IMG/VR virus record: IMGVR_UViG_3300032272_000007
Coordinates: 1-64,000 of that record
Source: a virus
Lineage: Duplodnaviria; Caudoviricetes
Direction: 5' to 3' (one strand)
DNA length: 64,000 nt
Shown here: piece by piece, positions 34,365 through 45,600 of the stretch
Numbering within the stretch: the first letter of the stretch is position 1
How the letters are laid out: every line of letters starts with the position of its first letter
Notes under the pieces: model-generated
The model's database searches: none
The model's input: only the letters and a program-made list of their open reading frames with translations
Told to the model about the DNA's origin: nothing
Translations under genes and position numbers: made by a program

Positions 34365-36725
34365 ATGGCTCAAAGTGAAACGATAGGAACTAGCAACTTT
34401 CCATCGGATCTATGGGATCCTAAAAAGAAGCAGGGCAAAGACTATTCTCTCAAATATGGCAAGGCGTTCCTCCATGAACATGAAAAAGGACTGACCAGTA
34501 GTTCTTTTGGATTTAGGGGGAAAAGTTTTGAAGGTGATGATATGACTCGTTACCGAATGTACGCCAAAGGAGAGCAGCCCACCGATAAATACAAAACCAT
34601 TTACTCCCACCAAAGAAACGTTGGGAAAGGCAAGCGAAACCTATCACATACCGCCATAGACTACTCGATATTAGCAGTAGCTCCAAGAATAGTCCAAAAT
34701 CTAGTTGGAAAATTACTAGGCCAGGACATGACGGTAAACATCAGCGCAGTAGATCCCATCTCTGTCAGCGAAAAAAACAAAACCAAGCACAAAATTGTCA
34801 CCTACCTACACAATAAAGGGTTTTTAGAAAAGATTGCCGAAAAAGCCAATTTTGATGTTCAAGATTTATCTCCAATCCCAGAAGGAGTACCTGAACCAAG
34901 CGATCAGCTCAACCTAGACGACTACACAGATTTATTTTTTAAGAACAAGTGGTTGATGGAGATGAAAGACTTCATCACCCATAACTACGAGGTGAATGAT
35001 GCTGATAAACTGCTGGAAGAACTTGCAACCGATCTTGTAGAGGTCGGAGCTGGCGGTATCCGCGTCTGGATGGACAGACAGGGTAATGTCAAGTTCAGAA
35101 GGTGTGTAGTTGAGGAGACCGTAGCAAACAATTGTCGATTTGAAGATTTCAGAGATCTTACCCGGGTGGGGGAATTCATATATGTCACCATCGCGGAGTT
35201 ACGTAGCCTATGGCCAGGCCAGCCCGAGCAAACCTATTTGGACATCGCTAACGGCGCAACATCAAAATATAGCAGTAGCGCCAATCATTATACCTCGAGA
35301 TACCATGAAAGCGGATCCTTTCCCTACGACGATGAGCGGGTGCGAATATTTGACTACACTTGGAAAAGTTCTGACCAAGTATCTAAGGTCATCAAAGAAG
35401 ACACAAAAACTGGCCACCAAGATGTATTTAACAAACCCTACAACTGGGCGGCAAAAATCAATAGAGAGGAGTACAAAGAGAGATTTCCAAACAGAGAGAT
35501 CATCGAGCGGGTAGATGAGAACTGGTATCAGGCCAAATTAATTGTGGGAACCAATCACATTTTTGATTATGGACTAGCTACCAATATCATTCGTGAAGGA
35601 TCTAACATGTCAAGGACTAGACCAAACTTTATACTGCAGCGTACCCCCCCGATCATGAAGCACATCATTCCAGTGCTTGATCAAATACAATTGAACTTCT
35701 TGAAATGGCAACAGCATGTAATGACCTCTATGCCAAGACAGATGTCCATCGAGATGACAGCCTTGGAGAACATCTCTCTCACCAAAGGGGGCAAAAAAAT
35801 GACCCCTAAAGAGGCGTTAGCTCTTTATTTCGAGACTGGAATCATACTATGGAGACGAACTAACTGGAGAGGGTCTGAGGCGCAATTTAAACCAATCGAA
35901 CACCATCCTGGAAATATCAGTCAACTGGCCGATCAGCACTATGGATTTATTATTAGCGGAATTGATCTTCTTAGGTACCTGGTGGGACTCCCAGAAGTTA
36001 CCGACTCCACGGTACCGAACCCAGAGATTGGAAAAGGGGTGATGATGGAGGCTATATCCAGTGTGGCGGACACCATGAGAAGGTTATACAATTCTTGGAA
36101 ATTTTCATACAAGGCACTTGCTAGAAATGTTCTTGATTTGACGGTAGATTCTGTTATTTACTTTGGAGGAGATCAATACGTCAATGCACTTGGTATCGAT
36201 TCTGTAGTATTTACCCAGCTAGTGCAAGAATTAAGCTCTCGGGAACTTGGTATAATAATCGAGATAGGTCCAGACTCGGAGAAGAGGGTATTCTTGCAGC
36301 AGATGATCATCAAAGCTCAGGAAAACCAACAAATAGATGCAGAAACCGCATATATTCTCCAGCACGAGAAAAACTACCTCCGCGTAGTGTTGATTCTAAA
36401 ACAGAAAGCCGTTGAGGCACAGAAAGCGCAATCACAAGCGGTTCAGGAACAGACTAAAGCAGAACTTGACAAAAATGCTGCGTCTACAAACATTGCCAAT
36501 GAGGGCGAAATTAACAAGCTGATAAAAGAAAATGAGTTGGCGATCAAACTAGCGGATCATAAGCACCAATTGAAGGTTATTGAAGATGATAATATTGCCA
36601 AAAATGATATTATCTTGAAGAAACTGGAGCATGACCAAGAATTGGACGAGAACGAGCAGAAGTTCGTTAATGACGCTACGTTGGCGGACAAAAAAGAAGC
36701 CTCAACCGCGATGGCTGAGGCCTAA
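34365..36725 (+). CDS. Portal protein
   Basis: Position, 786 aa, crAss-like portal pattern with a coiled-coil C-terminus. Confidence 0.88.
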   Translation: MAQSETIGTSNFPSDLWDPKKKQGKDYSLKYGKAFLHEHEKGLTSSSFGFRGKSFEGDDMTRYRMYAKGEQPTDKYKTIYSHQRNVGKGKRNLSHTAIDYSILAVAPRIVQNLVGKLLGQDMTVNISAVDPISVSEKNKTKHKIVTYLHNKGFLEKIAEKANFDVQDLSPIPEGVPEPSDQLNLDDYTDLFFKNKWLMEMKDFITHNYEVNDADKLLEELATDLVEVGAGGIRVWMDRQGNVKFRRCVVEETVANNCRFEDFRDLTRVGEFIYVTIAELRSLWPGQPEQTYLDIANGATSKYSSSANHYTSRYHESGSFPYDDERVRIFDYTWKSSDQVSKVIKEDTKTGHQDVFNKPYNWAAKINREEYKERFPNREIIERVDENWYQAKLIVGTNHIFDYGLATNIIREGSNMSRTRPNFILQRTPPIMKHIIPVLDQIQLNFLKWQQHVMTSMPRQMSIEMTALENISLTKGGKKMTPKEALALYFETGIILWRRTNWRGSEAQFKPIEHHPGNISQLADQHYGFIISGIDLLRYLVGLPEVTDSTVPNPEIGKGVMMEAISSVADTMRRLYNSWKFSYKALARNVLDLTVDSVIYFGGDQYVNALGIDSVVFTQLVQELSSRELGIIIEIGPDSEKRVFLQQMIIKAQENQQIDAETAYILQHEKNYLRVVLILKQKAVEAQKAQSQAVQEQTKAELDKNAASTNIANEGEINKLIKENELAIKLADHKHQLKVIEDDNIAKNDIILKKLEHDQELDENEQKFVNDATLADKKEASTAMAEA

Positions 36726-36747
36726 CAAACTGTATGAAAAAGAAATT

Positions 36748-37299
36748 TTAAGTAAGAGCAGTTGTAACCCACTCACCATCTACCACGCAAGCGAAGTATA
36801 CAGTAGAAAAAGCAGCAACAGCTTTTACTGCATCAGCAGCAGCGCCATCAATAGTTTCCCCAGAAGCAGGATATATCTCCAAAGCAACTGCAGTAGCATT
36901 TTTGATACAATGAACACCACCTTGTAGGGCAGCTGGAAGATCCAGAGCCTCCGCAGAAGTAGCAGTAGCAGTAGTTACATTGTTAAAATACTTGGTTACA
37001 TCGTAACCATCTCCCTGGGCAGTTCCAGTAGCACTAATAGCCGCATCAATAGCGTTTTGAACATGTAAATCAGTAGAAAGAGGGTTTTCAGCGGCCTTTA
37101 CCTCAAGAGGAGATTCTAATACCCGAACCTCTCTAGCGTTACCACTTTTGCTCATCTTTAGAACGGATCCAAAAGTAGCCTGATGTACTTCTTCAATAGC
37201 ATCTCCAGGAAGTACCTTCACAACTGGAGTTTGCATGTCTAAATCTTGATTTATGGAAGGACCGTCCTTCACAACAACCAATGGAATGAAATTTTGCAT
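36748..37299 (-). CDS. Antisense-oriented putative virion decoration protein
   Basis: Ala/Thr/Val-rich; LPAALQGG...KN...IYPASGETID; own -7 element at 37324-37331. Confidence 0.7.
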   Translation of the reverse strand: MQNFIPLVVVKDGPSINQDLDMQTPVVKVLPGDAIEEVHQATFGSVLKMSKSGNAREVRVLESPLEVKAAENPLSTDLHVQNAIDAAISATGTAQGDGYDVTKYFNNVTTATATSAEALDLPAALQGGVHCIKNATAVALEIYPASGETIDGAAADAVKAVAAFSTVYFACVVDGEWVTTALT

Positions 37300-37366
37300 A
37301 TGTTAATTTGTTTTTAGTTTGATCAAATATAGCGAAAAGTAGGAATTCACTATAAAATGATTATTT

Positions 37367-38695
37367 TTGATCAAACTATTTGCAATGGATGGAAATGAAG
37401 TAGCAGAAGTCGAGACGGATGACAGTTCGTCAGGAGGATTTTCAGATCTAAAAAAAGATGATTTTGAATTTGGGGCTGCAACCCCATTTAAAGAGGATTC
37501 CGATTTAGGTGAAGGCGGTGAGCCCGATGGGGCTGACAAACCAAAAGGTGATGAAAAACCAGCAGGTGATGAAAATCCCAAGGGCGATGAGTCCAAAGGT
37601 GATGAAAAACCAGCAGGTGATGAAGAACTAGCGGGTGACGCTAAACCCAATGAATCGGAAACTCTAGAGGGAGAAAAACCCGAAGGAGATGAAGCCTCAT
37701 CCTCTGATTCTTCCCTGTCAGATAAGCCAGGGGTAGATGATGCAGCGGTAACACAGCAGATTGAGTCAACACTACAGGAATTAAGTGGAGGAACAATCAA
37801 CAACGCTGAGGAGCTAAAAGCAGAATTACAAGAATTAGAGAGCCTCCGTCAAGAAAAAGCTAATCCCAAGGAACCAGAATTTGAAAATAAAGCAAAACAA
37901 AGGTTATGGAGTTTTGTTCAAAAACATGGTGACGGGACGGATCCAAAAGTAGCAAATACGTATCTCAATCTAATGCAGATTGACGCGAGTAAACTGGATG
38001 GCCGAGAGGTATTATTCCAAGAGTTCAAAATAGAAAACCCAGACGTTGAAGGTGAACGGGCAAAGGCCATTTGGGAAGAGATGAACGAGGATTACTCCGA
38101 AGATGCATTGGAGGGAAGTGAACTGAAAAAGTATGAGTTTGAGAAGAAGGTAAAGGAAGCCAGAGAGAAAATCACTACTATGCAGAGTGAATTTCAGGAA
38201 GGACAGCCTAAAGAAGAGGAGCCCAGCGTAGAGCAGGTGGCCATGGAAGTAATTCGTAACGACATCAAGGCACAAGTAAAATCCTACGAAGGGACGAGTT
38301 TGAGTTTCACGAAAGGTGCTGACGGCACTTTTGAGTTAGCTCCAGCTGATCCCAGCAAGCCAGTAGGTAATTTCACAATGAAATTAAGCGCAGAAGATTT
38401 ACAGAATTTTGAAGAGCAAGCTATTAGTCCAGAGAAACTCTGGTCTGAGCTAGTCAAATTTGATGATAAAGGGGTAGCCGATTATGGAACATATTTTGAT
38501 GTTCTGAATTACGCTAAAGATCCCCAAGCGTTCAAAACCAACTTATACAGTTTTGCCTATAATCAAGGTAAAATTGCCAATGAGAAGGCCGCTAAAAACA
38601 TTGATGATGAAAAACCACTTCCTGGTGGAGGAAACAATACCGAAGGGGTGAGTGACGTAGTTCAATCAATTCGAGATAATAGAAGATCTGCATAA
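37367..38695 (+). CDS. Capsid scaffolding protein
   Basis: Highly acidic, GDEKPAGDE repeats, between portal and MCP. Confidence 0.75.
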   Translation: MIKLFAMDGNEVAEVETDDSSSGGFSDLKKDDFEFGAATPFKEDSDLGEGGEPDGADKPKGDEKPAGDENPKGDESKGDEKPAGDEELAGDAKPNESETLEGEKPEGDEASSSDSSLSDKPGVDDAAVTQQIESTLQELSGGTINNAEELKAELQELESLRQEKANPKEPEFENKAKQRLWSFVQKHGDGTDPKVANTYLNLMQIDASKLDGREVLFQEFKIENPDVEGERAKAIWEEMNEDYSEDALEGSELKKYEFEKKVKEAREKITTMQSEFQEGQPKEEEPSVEQVAMEVIRNDIKAQVKSYEGTSLSFTKGADGTFELAPADPSKPVGNFTMKLSAEDLQNFEEQAISPEKLWSELVKFDDKGVADYGTYFDVLNYAKDPQAFKTNLYSFAYNQGKIANEKAAKNIDDEKPLPGGGNNTEGVSDVVQSIRDNRRSA

Positions 38696-38729
38696 GGCTA
38701 AACAGAACATTAAATGATTCGATACAGCA

Positions 38730-40121
38730 ATGCAACCGAATATAGCTGGCAGTGGCCAAGATGCCCGACTGTCATACGAACTAATTACGGCTTATGGAAT
38801 TTATAAGCCTGATATAGCAGAGGAGCTCTCAATAAAAGTTCCTCGTGCAGATTCTTTAGGCTGGCTGAAAAAGCTAGCAGGAGCCGGACAAACGAGCCGG
38901 ATGATTCCTAAGCGAATAGCTAGGAACAAAGTAGTATCTCACCACGAAGAGCGTGATCACTTGAATTTCAGCGCTACAATTGCCGTAGTAGATAATGGTA
39001 CTCCAGGGGAAACCAGTATCACACTTTCTGCTGCTGATCACTTTGATTCTGGAGCAAATTCACTACCGAAAGTCAGTGACTTGGTGGTATTCACCAATGA
39101 AGCCATTGGGTACGTAAGTGCAATTGTAAAGACGACCCCCAATGCTCATGTGGTAACTATTCTGGAGCAAAACTCTACACAGGATGTACAGACACCAGCG
39201 GTGGTTGGATCCAAAGTAGTATTCTTCTCGAACGAACAAGGAGCAGCTTCCAAGAAGCGAGGTTCTCAAGTTCCTGGTTACGATAAATATGACTTTACGG
39301 TGACTACCACTCGTAGAGACATCATAATCGATGACTTTGAAATGCAGAATGCAACATGGTTCAAATACAAAGGACAGTGGAAAGTATATGTGAAAGCACT
39401 GGATGAATTTTCAGACGCATTCAACATGAATGAGCAATTGAAACTTCTAATTGGTGAAGCATCTGAGAGTTTGACTTCTCCAGAAGGCAACCCTCTGTAT
39501 TCAAGTACTCAGCTTATTCCTCAGATTACTAACGCTGGTATCAATTTCGATTACTACGGTTCTCCAGACTTAACAACTCTTCAAAATCTTGAGTTGCTCA
39601 ACGACCGGTACTATGGTGATACTGAAAACTTGATTGCCTGCGGTATTAATGCTGATCAAGGATGGAGACAGTGGTTGTTAGAGTTCACCAAAGAGGGAGG
39701 GCGAGACCTTTCTTTCGCGGGGTTTAACAAGCAAGAAATTGGAATCAATGTTAAAACCATTGAGATTGGATCTCAAAAGTTCCATATCGATTGCTGGAGA
39801 ATTTTATCTCACGCTGGTACTTTAGGTGTTGACGGTATGCCATACCGTGACATGATCCTCCAGATCCCTCTTGGAAGCGGAAACGCTTATGTAGAGAGTG
39901 AAGGCGAGATGAAACGTCAAAAAAGAGACTATTTCAGATGTGTTTACGCACCCCTGAAAGCTGGAAACAGAATGGTCGATGATGTTTACACTTGGGATCA
40001 TGGTGCGCTTGCAGAGAACCACTCTGATGATGAACTAGCACTCAATGTCTCTATGGTTTCATATAAGACACTGGAGCTACTTTGCCTTAACAAGTTCGGA
40101 ATAGCCCGAAAAATCGGATAA
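38730..40121 (+). CDS. Major capsid protein
   Basis: Position, 463 aa, followed by a strong terminator. Confidence 0.88.
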   Translation: MQPNIAGSGQDARLSYELITAYGIYKPDIAEELSIKVPRADSLGWLKKLAGAGQTSRMIPKRIARNKVVSHHEERDHLNFSATIAVVDNGTPGETSITLSAADHFDSGANSLPKVSDLVVFTNEAIGYVSAIVKTTPNAHVVTILEQNSTQDVQTPAVVGSKVVFFSNEQGAASKKRGSQVPGYDKYDFTVTTTRRDIIIDDFEMQNATWFKYKGQWKVYVKALDEFSDAFNMNEQLKLLIGEASESLTSPEGNPLYSSTQLIPQITNAGINFDYYGSPDLTTLQNLELLNDRYYGDTENLIACGINADQGWRQWLLEFTKEGGRDLSFAGFNKQEIGINVKTIEIGSQKFHIDCWRILSHAGTLGVDGMPYRDMILQIPLGSGNAYVESEGEMKRQKRDYFRCVYAPLKAGNRMVDDVYTWDHGALAENHSDDELALNVSMVSYKTLELLCLNKFGIARKIG

Positions 40122-40138
40122 TATTAACCAATGGAGTG

Positions 40139-40172
40139 GGGGGCCATGTCGGCCCCCATTTCTTCTTTTTTT
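40139..40172 (+). terminator. Intrinsic terminator after the MCP
   Basis: GGGGGCC-ATGTC-GGCCCCC plus T-rich tail. Confidence 0.85.
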
Positions 40173-40192
40173 CACACTTTTAAAAAACGGAT

Positions 40193-41074
40193 ATGAAACC
40201 GAATCAAGTCCTTCACAAGGAGCTTCACGTTAAGCCCCTAGATGAAGGCCAAACCGCAACATTCCGACTTATTGGAGCTAATAAGCTGGGAAACAAGTAC
40301 AGTAGTGGGGGCAGAAGGCTGCCAATCAACCCCGCTGTAAAGCAAGTGCCAGGAATGGCATATTTATACGATCCACACAAGAAAACACGTGTTAGGATCG
40401 GTAATGTAGTTGGTGAAGAACCGAACGAGGAGAATGGTAAAACGGTATTTAAGCAGATTACTGCCGCCATTTTAATTGAAAACGGAGAGATCATCTTTAA
40501 TGCTGAGCAGAATGATTCTTATTGTTTCATGATGCGACATCCGGGGTGTAAAACTAATCCTTGGCACGATCGGAAAAAGAAGCCGATTTTTGAACTTATT
40601 GACAAAGCCGCCGAAAGGCAAAGTAAAATTGCTTACGATGCGGTTGAGGATGATGCAATTATCTTGCTACGTGACTCAGGACTGGATGAACTTTTAGCAA
40701 TAGCCGAAAGCCTTCATGAAGATTATAAGTCATTAGTTAATGTCGACAATTCAGTTGATGAAATACGACATGATTTAAGGAATATCGTCAGGAAAGGAAA
40801 TCCAGAAGTCATTATTCGGGCGAGTGATTACAAATTTGGAAAGATGAAACTCCAAGTAATTGAAAGCGAGAAATGGCTTATTCTGAAAAGAATTGTAGCA
40901 AACCGAGCTTGGCATTCAATTATGGGGGACCAGAAGAAGGAGTTGATGACCGTAGAGCCTGGAACCGATATGATCACAGCGTTGATCCATTGGTTTACTC
41001 AGGATGATGATGGTAAAGCGTTCTATCAGAAGGAACTATTACCAAGATTGAAAGCGTATAAAGCGAACGTATAA
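40193..41074 (+). CDS. Conserved post-capsid hypothetical protein
   Basis: 293-aa ORF in the position typical of crAss-like genomes. Confidence 0.7.
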   Translation: MKPNQVLHKELHVKPLDEGQTATFRLIGANKLGNKYSSGGRRLPINPAVKQVPGMAYLYDPHKKTRVRIGNVVGEEPNEENGKTVFKQITAAILIENGEIIFNAEQNDSYCFMMRHPGCKTNPWHDRKKKPIFELIDKAAERQSKIAYDAVEDDAIILLRDSGLDELLAIAESLHEDYKSLVNVDNSVDEIRHDLRNIVRKGNPEVIIRASDYKFGKMKLQVIESEKWLILKRIVANRAWHSIMGDQKKELMTVEPGTDMITALIHWFTQDDDGKAFYQKELLPRLKAYKANV

Positions 41075-41086
41075 TATTATGGAGAG

Positions 41087-41767
41087 ATGCTGATACCACA
41101 ACTAAAATTACTCATCGATGTAGCCGGAGATGTTATCTGGATACAAGACGACACTGGTGTTTATGATGCTAATAACATTGGCGGTTGGGGAGATCCCAAC
41201 CAAGAACGCAATGAAATGGCTCTGATGATCCACGCTAAACGCACTGATGATGTAGATGTGGTATCAACACTTCTTTCTGATCAAATTGTTTGGAATGCAG
41301 GTCTGGCAAATACAGATGTTTCTGAGTTTCAGATTACTCTTGATCAGGATGGAATCTATAATATATACCTCTTTGTCTTTCCTGTCACCACAGATGGAAT
41401 AGATGACCTAGAAGGGACTACTATTGTATCTGGCGACATTGTTTTCTACAATGGACTGCTACAAACGTTCAATGGTAGCATATTTACAGAAGTAGATCCT
41501 TCTTTCTACGATCAATTTATCGACGATGTGAATATTCCTCAAGTTTTTTGTGAGGACATTATTATGCCAAACATCATCATTAAGTACAATGAACTGTACA
41601 AGACGTACCGACAAAAAAGGCTAGAGAATTGTGAGGACATATCAGATGATAGAGAACAATTATTCGATTTAAGAATGAGTATCGAGGGTACAGAATATGC
41701 ATTCAGAAGTAATTTGAAAACCCAAGCCAGAACTAACCTTGAAGCACTTCATAATGAGTACGACTAA
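41087..41767 (+). CDS. Putative virion structural protein
   Basis: Late operon, acidic beta-rich N-terminus. Confidence 0.65.
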   Translation: MLIPQLKLLIDVAGDVIWIQDDTGVYDANNIGGWGDPNQERNEMALMIHAKRTDDVDVVSTLLSDQIVWNAGLANTDVSEFQITLDQDGIYNIYLFVFPVTTDGIDDLEGTTIVSGDIVFYNGLLQTFNGSIFTEVDPSFYDQFIDDVNIPQVFCEDIIMPNIIIKYNELYKTYRQKRLENCEDISDDREQLFDLRMSIEGTEYAFRSNLKTQARTNLEALHNEYD

Positions 41768-42642
41768 TGTCACAGAACCCACAGACACCCACTTATGCTA
41801 AAACCATCCCCAAAAACGGATGTGCTCCACAGGGTTTTAATAAATTCTACATACCTTCTTGGGTAGATCAGATAAAAGCACTCGAAGTCACCACTAATGA
41901 CTCTCAAATTGTAATTGTAGACAATTCCAATGTTAACAAACATAGTTTTGCTATTGACTTTGTTCCGCATGAGGCCCTATCTGGAAATCTTTCCTTAGTT
42001 GCCCAGCAATCAAGTGTTCCGGTAGCAACTCCAGTACTCAAAGGAGAAACTATTGATGAGGTGAACCTGGTTTGGTCTTACAATAAATCGATTTCTGTCC
42101 AAACACTTGTTTCTGATGATGTTGGGATTACAGACCCCACACTGACATCTGGACTAAGACTTTACGATTACACATCCCTTTCCATTACAGAGGACACAGC
42201 ATTTACACTAGACGCAGACGATGGGCAAGCTCTTCCTGACTCCACCCTGCAGTTAGTAAAGTCAATTCTTTTTGGTAACTACTACTACTATGGTGATGGG
42301 GCCAGCCTTCTCGGGTCATCCAGCTCTGGAGTTCAGGCATTTCTTGACGGAATAAATAAAACAATCGAGACAGATAAGGTCAGAAACCTACTTGCCACTG
42401 GTGGTGCGGATGAGCATTTCTTTTTTGCTTTCCCTGCATCATTTGGGCTTCCAACAGAGATCAAGAAAGGCCTATTTGCTGGAGGATATGTTCGACTACT
42501 TAATGTGGGCGGCACACTATTGACATCTGGTAGTGAGAGTGATCTTAATATCAATAATGGGAATGTATCAGAGCCTTACTACCTGTATATGAGTCTTTTT
42601 GACAATCAAAACGATCCAAACCAAGCGGTTGAAATATCATGA
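41767..42642 (+). CDS. Putative virion structural protein
   Basis: Beta-rich; C-terminal FFFAFPASFG...YYLY motif similar to the end of 46563..47990. Confidence 0.65.
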   Translation: MSQNPQTPTYAKTIPKNGCAPQGFNKFYIPSWVDQIKALEVTTNDSQIVIVDNSNVNKHSFAIDFVPHEALSGNLSLVAQQSSVPVATPVLKGETIDEVNLVWSYNKSISVQTLVSDDVGITDPTLTSGLRLYDYTSLSITEDTAFTLDADDGQALPDSTLQLVKSILFGNYYYYGDGASLLGSSSSGVQAFLDGINKTIETDKVRNLLATGGADEHFFFAFPASFGLPTEIKKGLFAGGYVRLLNVGGTLLTSGSESDLNINNGNVSEPYYLYMSLFDNQNDPNQAVEIS

Positions 42643-45600
42643 GTGACGGAAAAATAGAAATTCATGCACCGTTAAAACCCCTCAATGACAATGAACGAAT
42701 GTTTATTGTTGAGCAGAAGTATGTAAAAGGAGCAGATCAGATATTTTCTAACCTTGCCGAACTGGTAGCCTTTCATCCCGACCGAATGCAGCAGGGAATG
42801 ACCGCTAGAGTGGCCAATTACCCAACAATTGGTGACATCACCGAATACTACCTTAATGAAGATCCAGCGGCAATGATTGACGGGAGTCTTGATTCCATTG
42901 TTACTATTGACAATTTTGGTACCTATTGGTCAATTCTAACCCAGCAAAACTCAGGAGCAGTAACCATTAGGGAGTATGCTCCAAGTAAAACAGGCGGGGC
43001 TCGACCATCGTACCCATATGCCCCATCAACAGAGGTTCCCGATGGATGGACTGCAATCTATGATCCACAGCTCGGGCATAAATGGATGCGTTTCCGTACA
43101 GATGATGTTGACGTTAACACTGATGGGGTTTTTGATAACTGGAGTATACCAGTACAAATAGGCACTCAGTTCGCCGCAAACGACTACATAGAAAATAGAT
43201 TTATTCGTCAAGATGCCGATTTAACCATAATATCATCGGAAGGAGGACTGCAGCTTAATGACTTCTATATAGTTGTATCTGGAAATGTTGACGTAAACGG
43301 AGTCAATAAGACTAAGGGAACCATATTTGAGCATGTAGGAGGAAACACCTATACCTTTAATACCGCCACAGTACAAGAAACCGTACCTCCTCCTCCCTCT
43401 ACTGATGGATTAGGTGCTCCAAACAATGAGCCAACAGGATATTCCGACACTATTCCGGTGGGGAGCGCAATGCTATGGGTTATTGAGGGCCAAAAAACAG
43501 CATACGGTCAACTAAAGTCCGATTGGGTAATCCGAAGGATCAATGAAGATCCTAACTACATACGATATTCAAATGCTGCAACTCCAGATCCCAATACTAT
43601 TGTTGACATCAACACTAGTGCGGCAGCAGCTACCCAAGGCGATACCGATTTAACTAATGCTGGCTGGGCTAACGTATTTAGTGGGGAAAACTTCATAGCT
43701 ACTCGCCAAGACGACAACGGAGGAAGTCCGGGACCACCATTTCTTCCCTGGAAACTGGAGAAAATTAACGAAGAGTCTGGTGAGTTTGTAGATTCCGTTT
43801 TTAAGCTATTTGATTTCAACCTTCCAGTGGGAGATCCCCTGTTGGTAGCACCAACGGAGGCAGATCCAACACTTGAAGGATGGTTTGATACAATTCAGCC
43901 AGAGACCGGCCAGCAAAAAAACTTTATCTCCTCAGCAAGGAAATTCATTGATGGCACACTCAAAACCGCATGGAGTGACCCAGCTCCATTTACAGGATTT
44001 GACATCTATGTTCTGAATGTAGAGAGTGATAGTGATGATGATTTCAAAACTGATAAGGACGGAAATGTTGTTCCAGCGACTATCCAGCTTGATGCAGAGT
44101 TATTTAAAGGTGTAGTAAGACTATGGGAAGACATAGATGTGCCGTTGACATTCTCTTGGAAGAGAGTATATGACAATGGATCCGCGATCGATGAAGCAGC
44201 TGACTTTGACACAGGAGACGACTTCTACCTTTTAGCAGATACAGGAACACCAGGACAAGATGGATATAAATACTCCGGACAAAGACTCATAGTAAAACCT
44301 GATGGGGTTACCGGAAAAGCCATATTCCGAGCGCAGGTAATTGTGACCATGGCGGATGCTCCAGACATAACAATAACCAAAGATTTAAGTTTATTAGATG
44401 TTTCTGATGGACTTGACGCGAAAGACATTAGCATTGGTGTAGATAATCCAACAACAATTTATGACACGGTAAATACCGTTCATGTACCAGCAGCGGTAAA
44501 TCTTACGTCCTTTTATTCTAACATTGGCTCACCAACACTTTATTGGTATGTAGAGACCGCACCAAGTACTTGGACGGCAATAGTCACAGCTGGCGCATAT
44601 ACAGTAAATGGAAATATTCTTAATATTGACACCTCAGTGCTTTTTGCCGCAGATGGTACCGCAGAAGAATTTAGATTTGCTGTTAGCACTCACGCTACTG
44701 ACCCTGATTTAGCAAATGGGGACACAATCCACACCGATTACAAGACCGTTGTTAAACTAGGATCCGCAGGAGTTGGGGCTCCGGGAGTGGATTCGGTCAT
44801 TTCCCTACTCGATAATGAGGCCGCTACAATTGTTCTTGATAAGGTATCGATTCAGCCTGTTCCTAATGAGACTGGTGCAGCAGGTAGGGTGATAACCAAA
44901 GTTCAGGTTTACGATGGGGCAACTAAGAAAGTTTATGGGGGAGGTAACGATTATACGATAGTAGTTTCTCCAACAGCTGGAGACATCCAGTTCGGTGTTC
45001 AGGCAGACGGAGCTGACGCAAGAGTCTTTATTGCAGCATGGACCAGCTCTGTAGCTAGAAGCGCAACGTGTACAATCACTATCACCTACGGAGCTCTAAC
45101 TCTTGAAAAGGTGTTCCAGATAGGGAGTACATTGGATGCACCAGGCGCAATCGTTCTTGATGTAGACTCAAACAAAGGATTTGCCTTCACCCCCCAAGAT
45201 GTAACCGATAAGACCTTAACGGCCAGCCTCTACGACACGAACGAGGATCCTGAGCTACAAACATCTGGATATGAGTATAATTTTCAGATAGCAGGTATTT
45301 TTCAGGGGTGGACGGCTGTAAGAACTCAGTTATTGACAAGAAATGATATTCTAACGTCTGGAGACGTAGTGGTACAGGTTCGACCGACTGCTGGATCCGT
45401 CATAAGGACTAGGACACTTAAATTCTATGACATTGTTGATAGTAGAATTATAACGATGCTGACCGCTTCTGACCCAGTTGTCATAGCAGATAAAATACCT
45501 ACCAATCACGTAGACAACAGCAATATAACCGTTAATTCAGTTGATTGGAAGGATGTTAACAGTGTGTTTTGGGACACAAATCCACCAATATATGCTTGTT

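Noticed and set aside
37303-37803. Long antisense ORFs in the track (e.g. 1173..1565, 8750..9196, 33838..34305, 62678..63217)
   Set aside because: Shadows of well-supported genes on the opposite strand, with Ser/Phe/Leu-rich composition.
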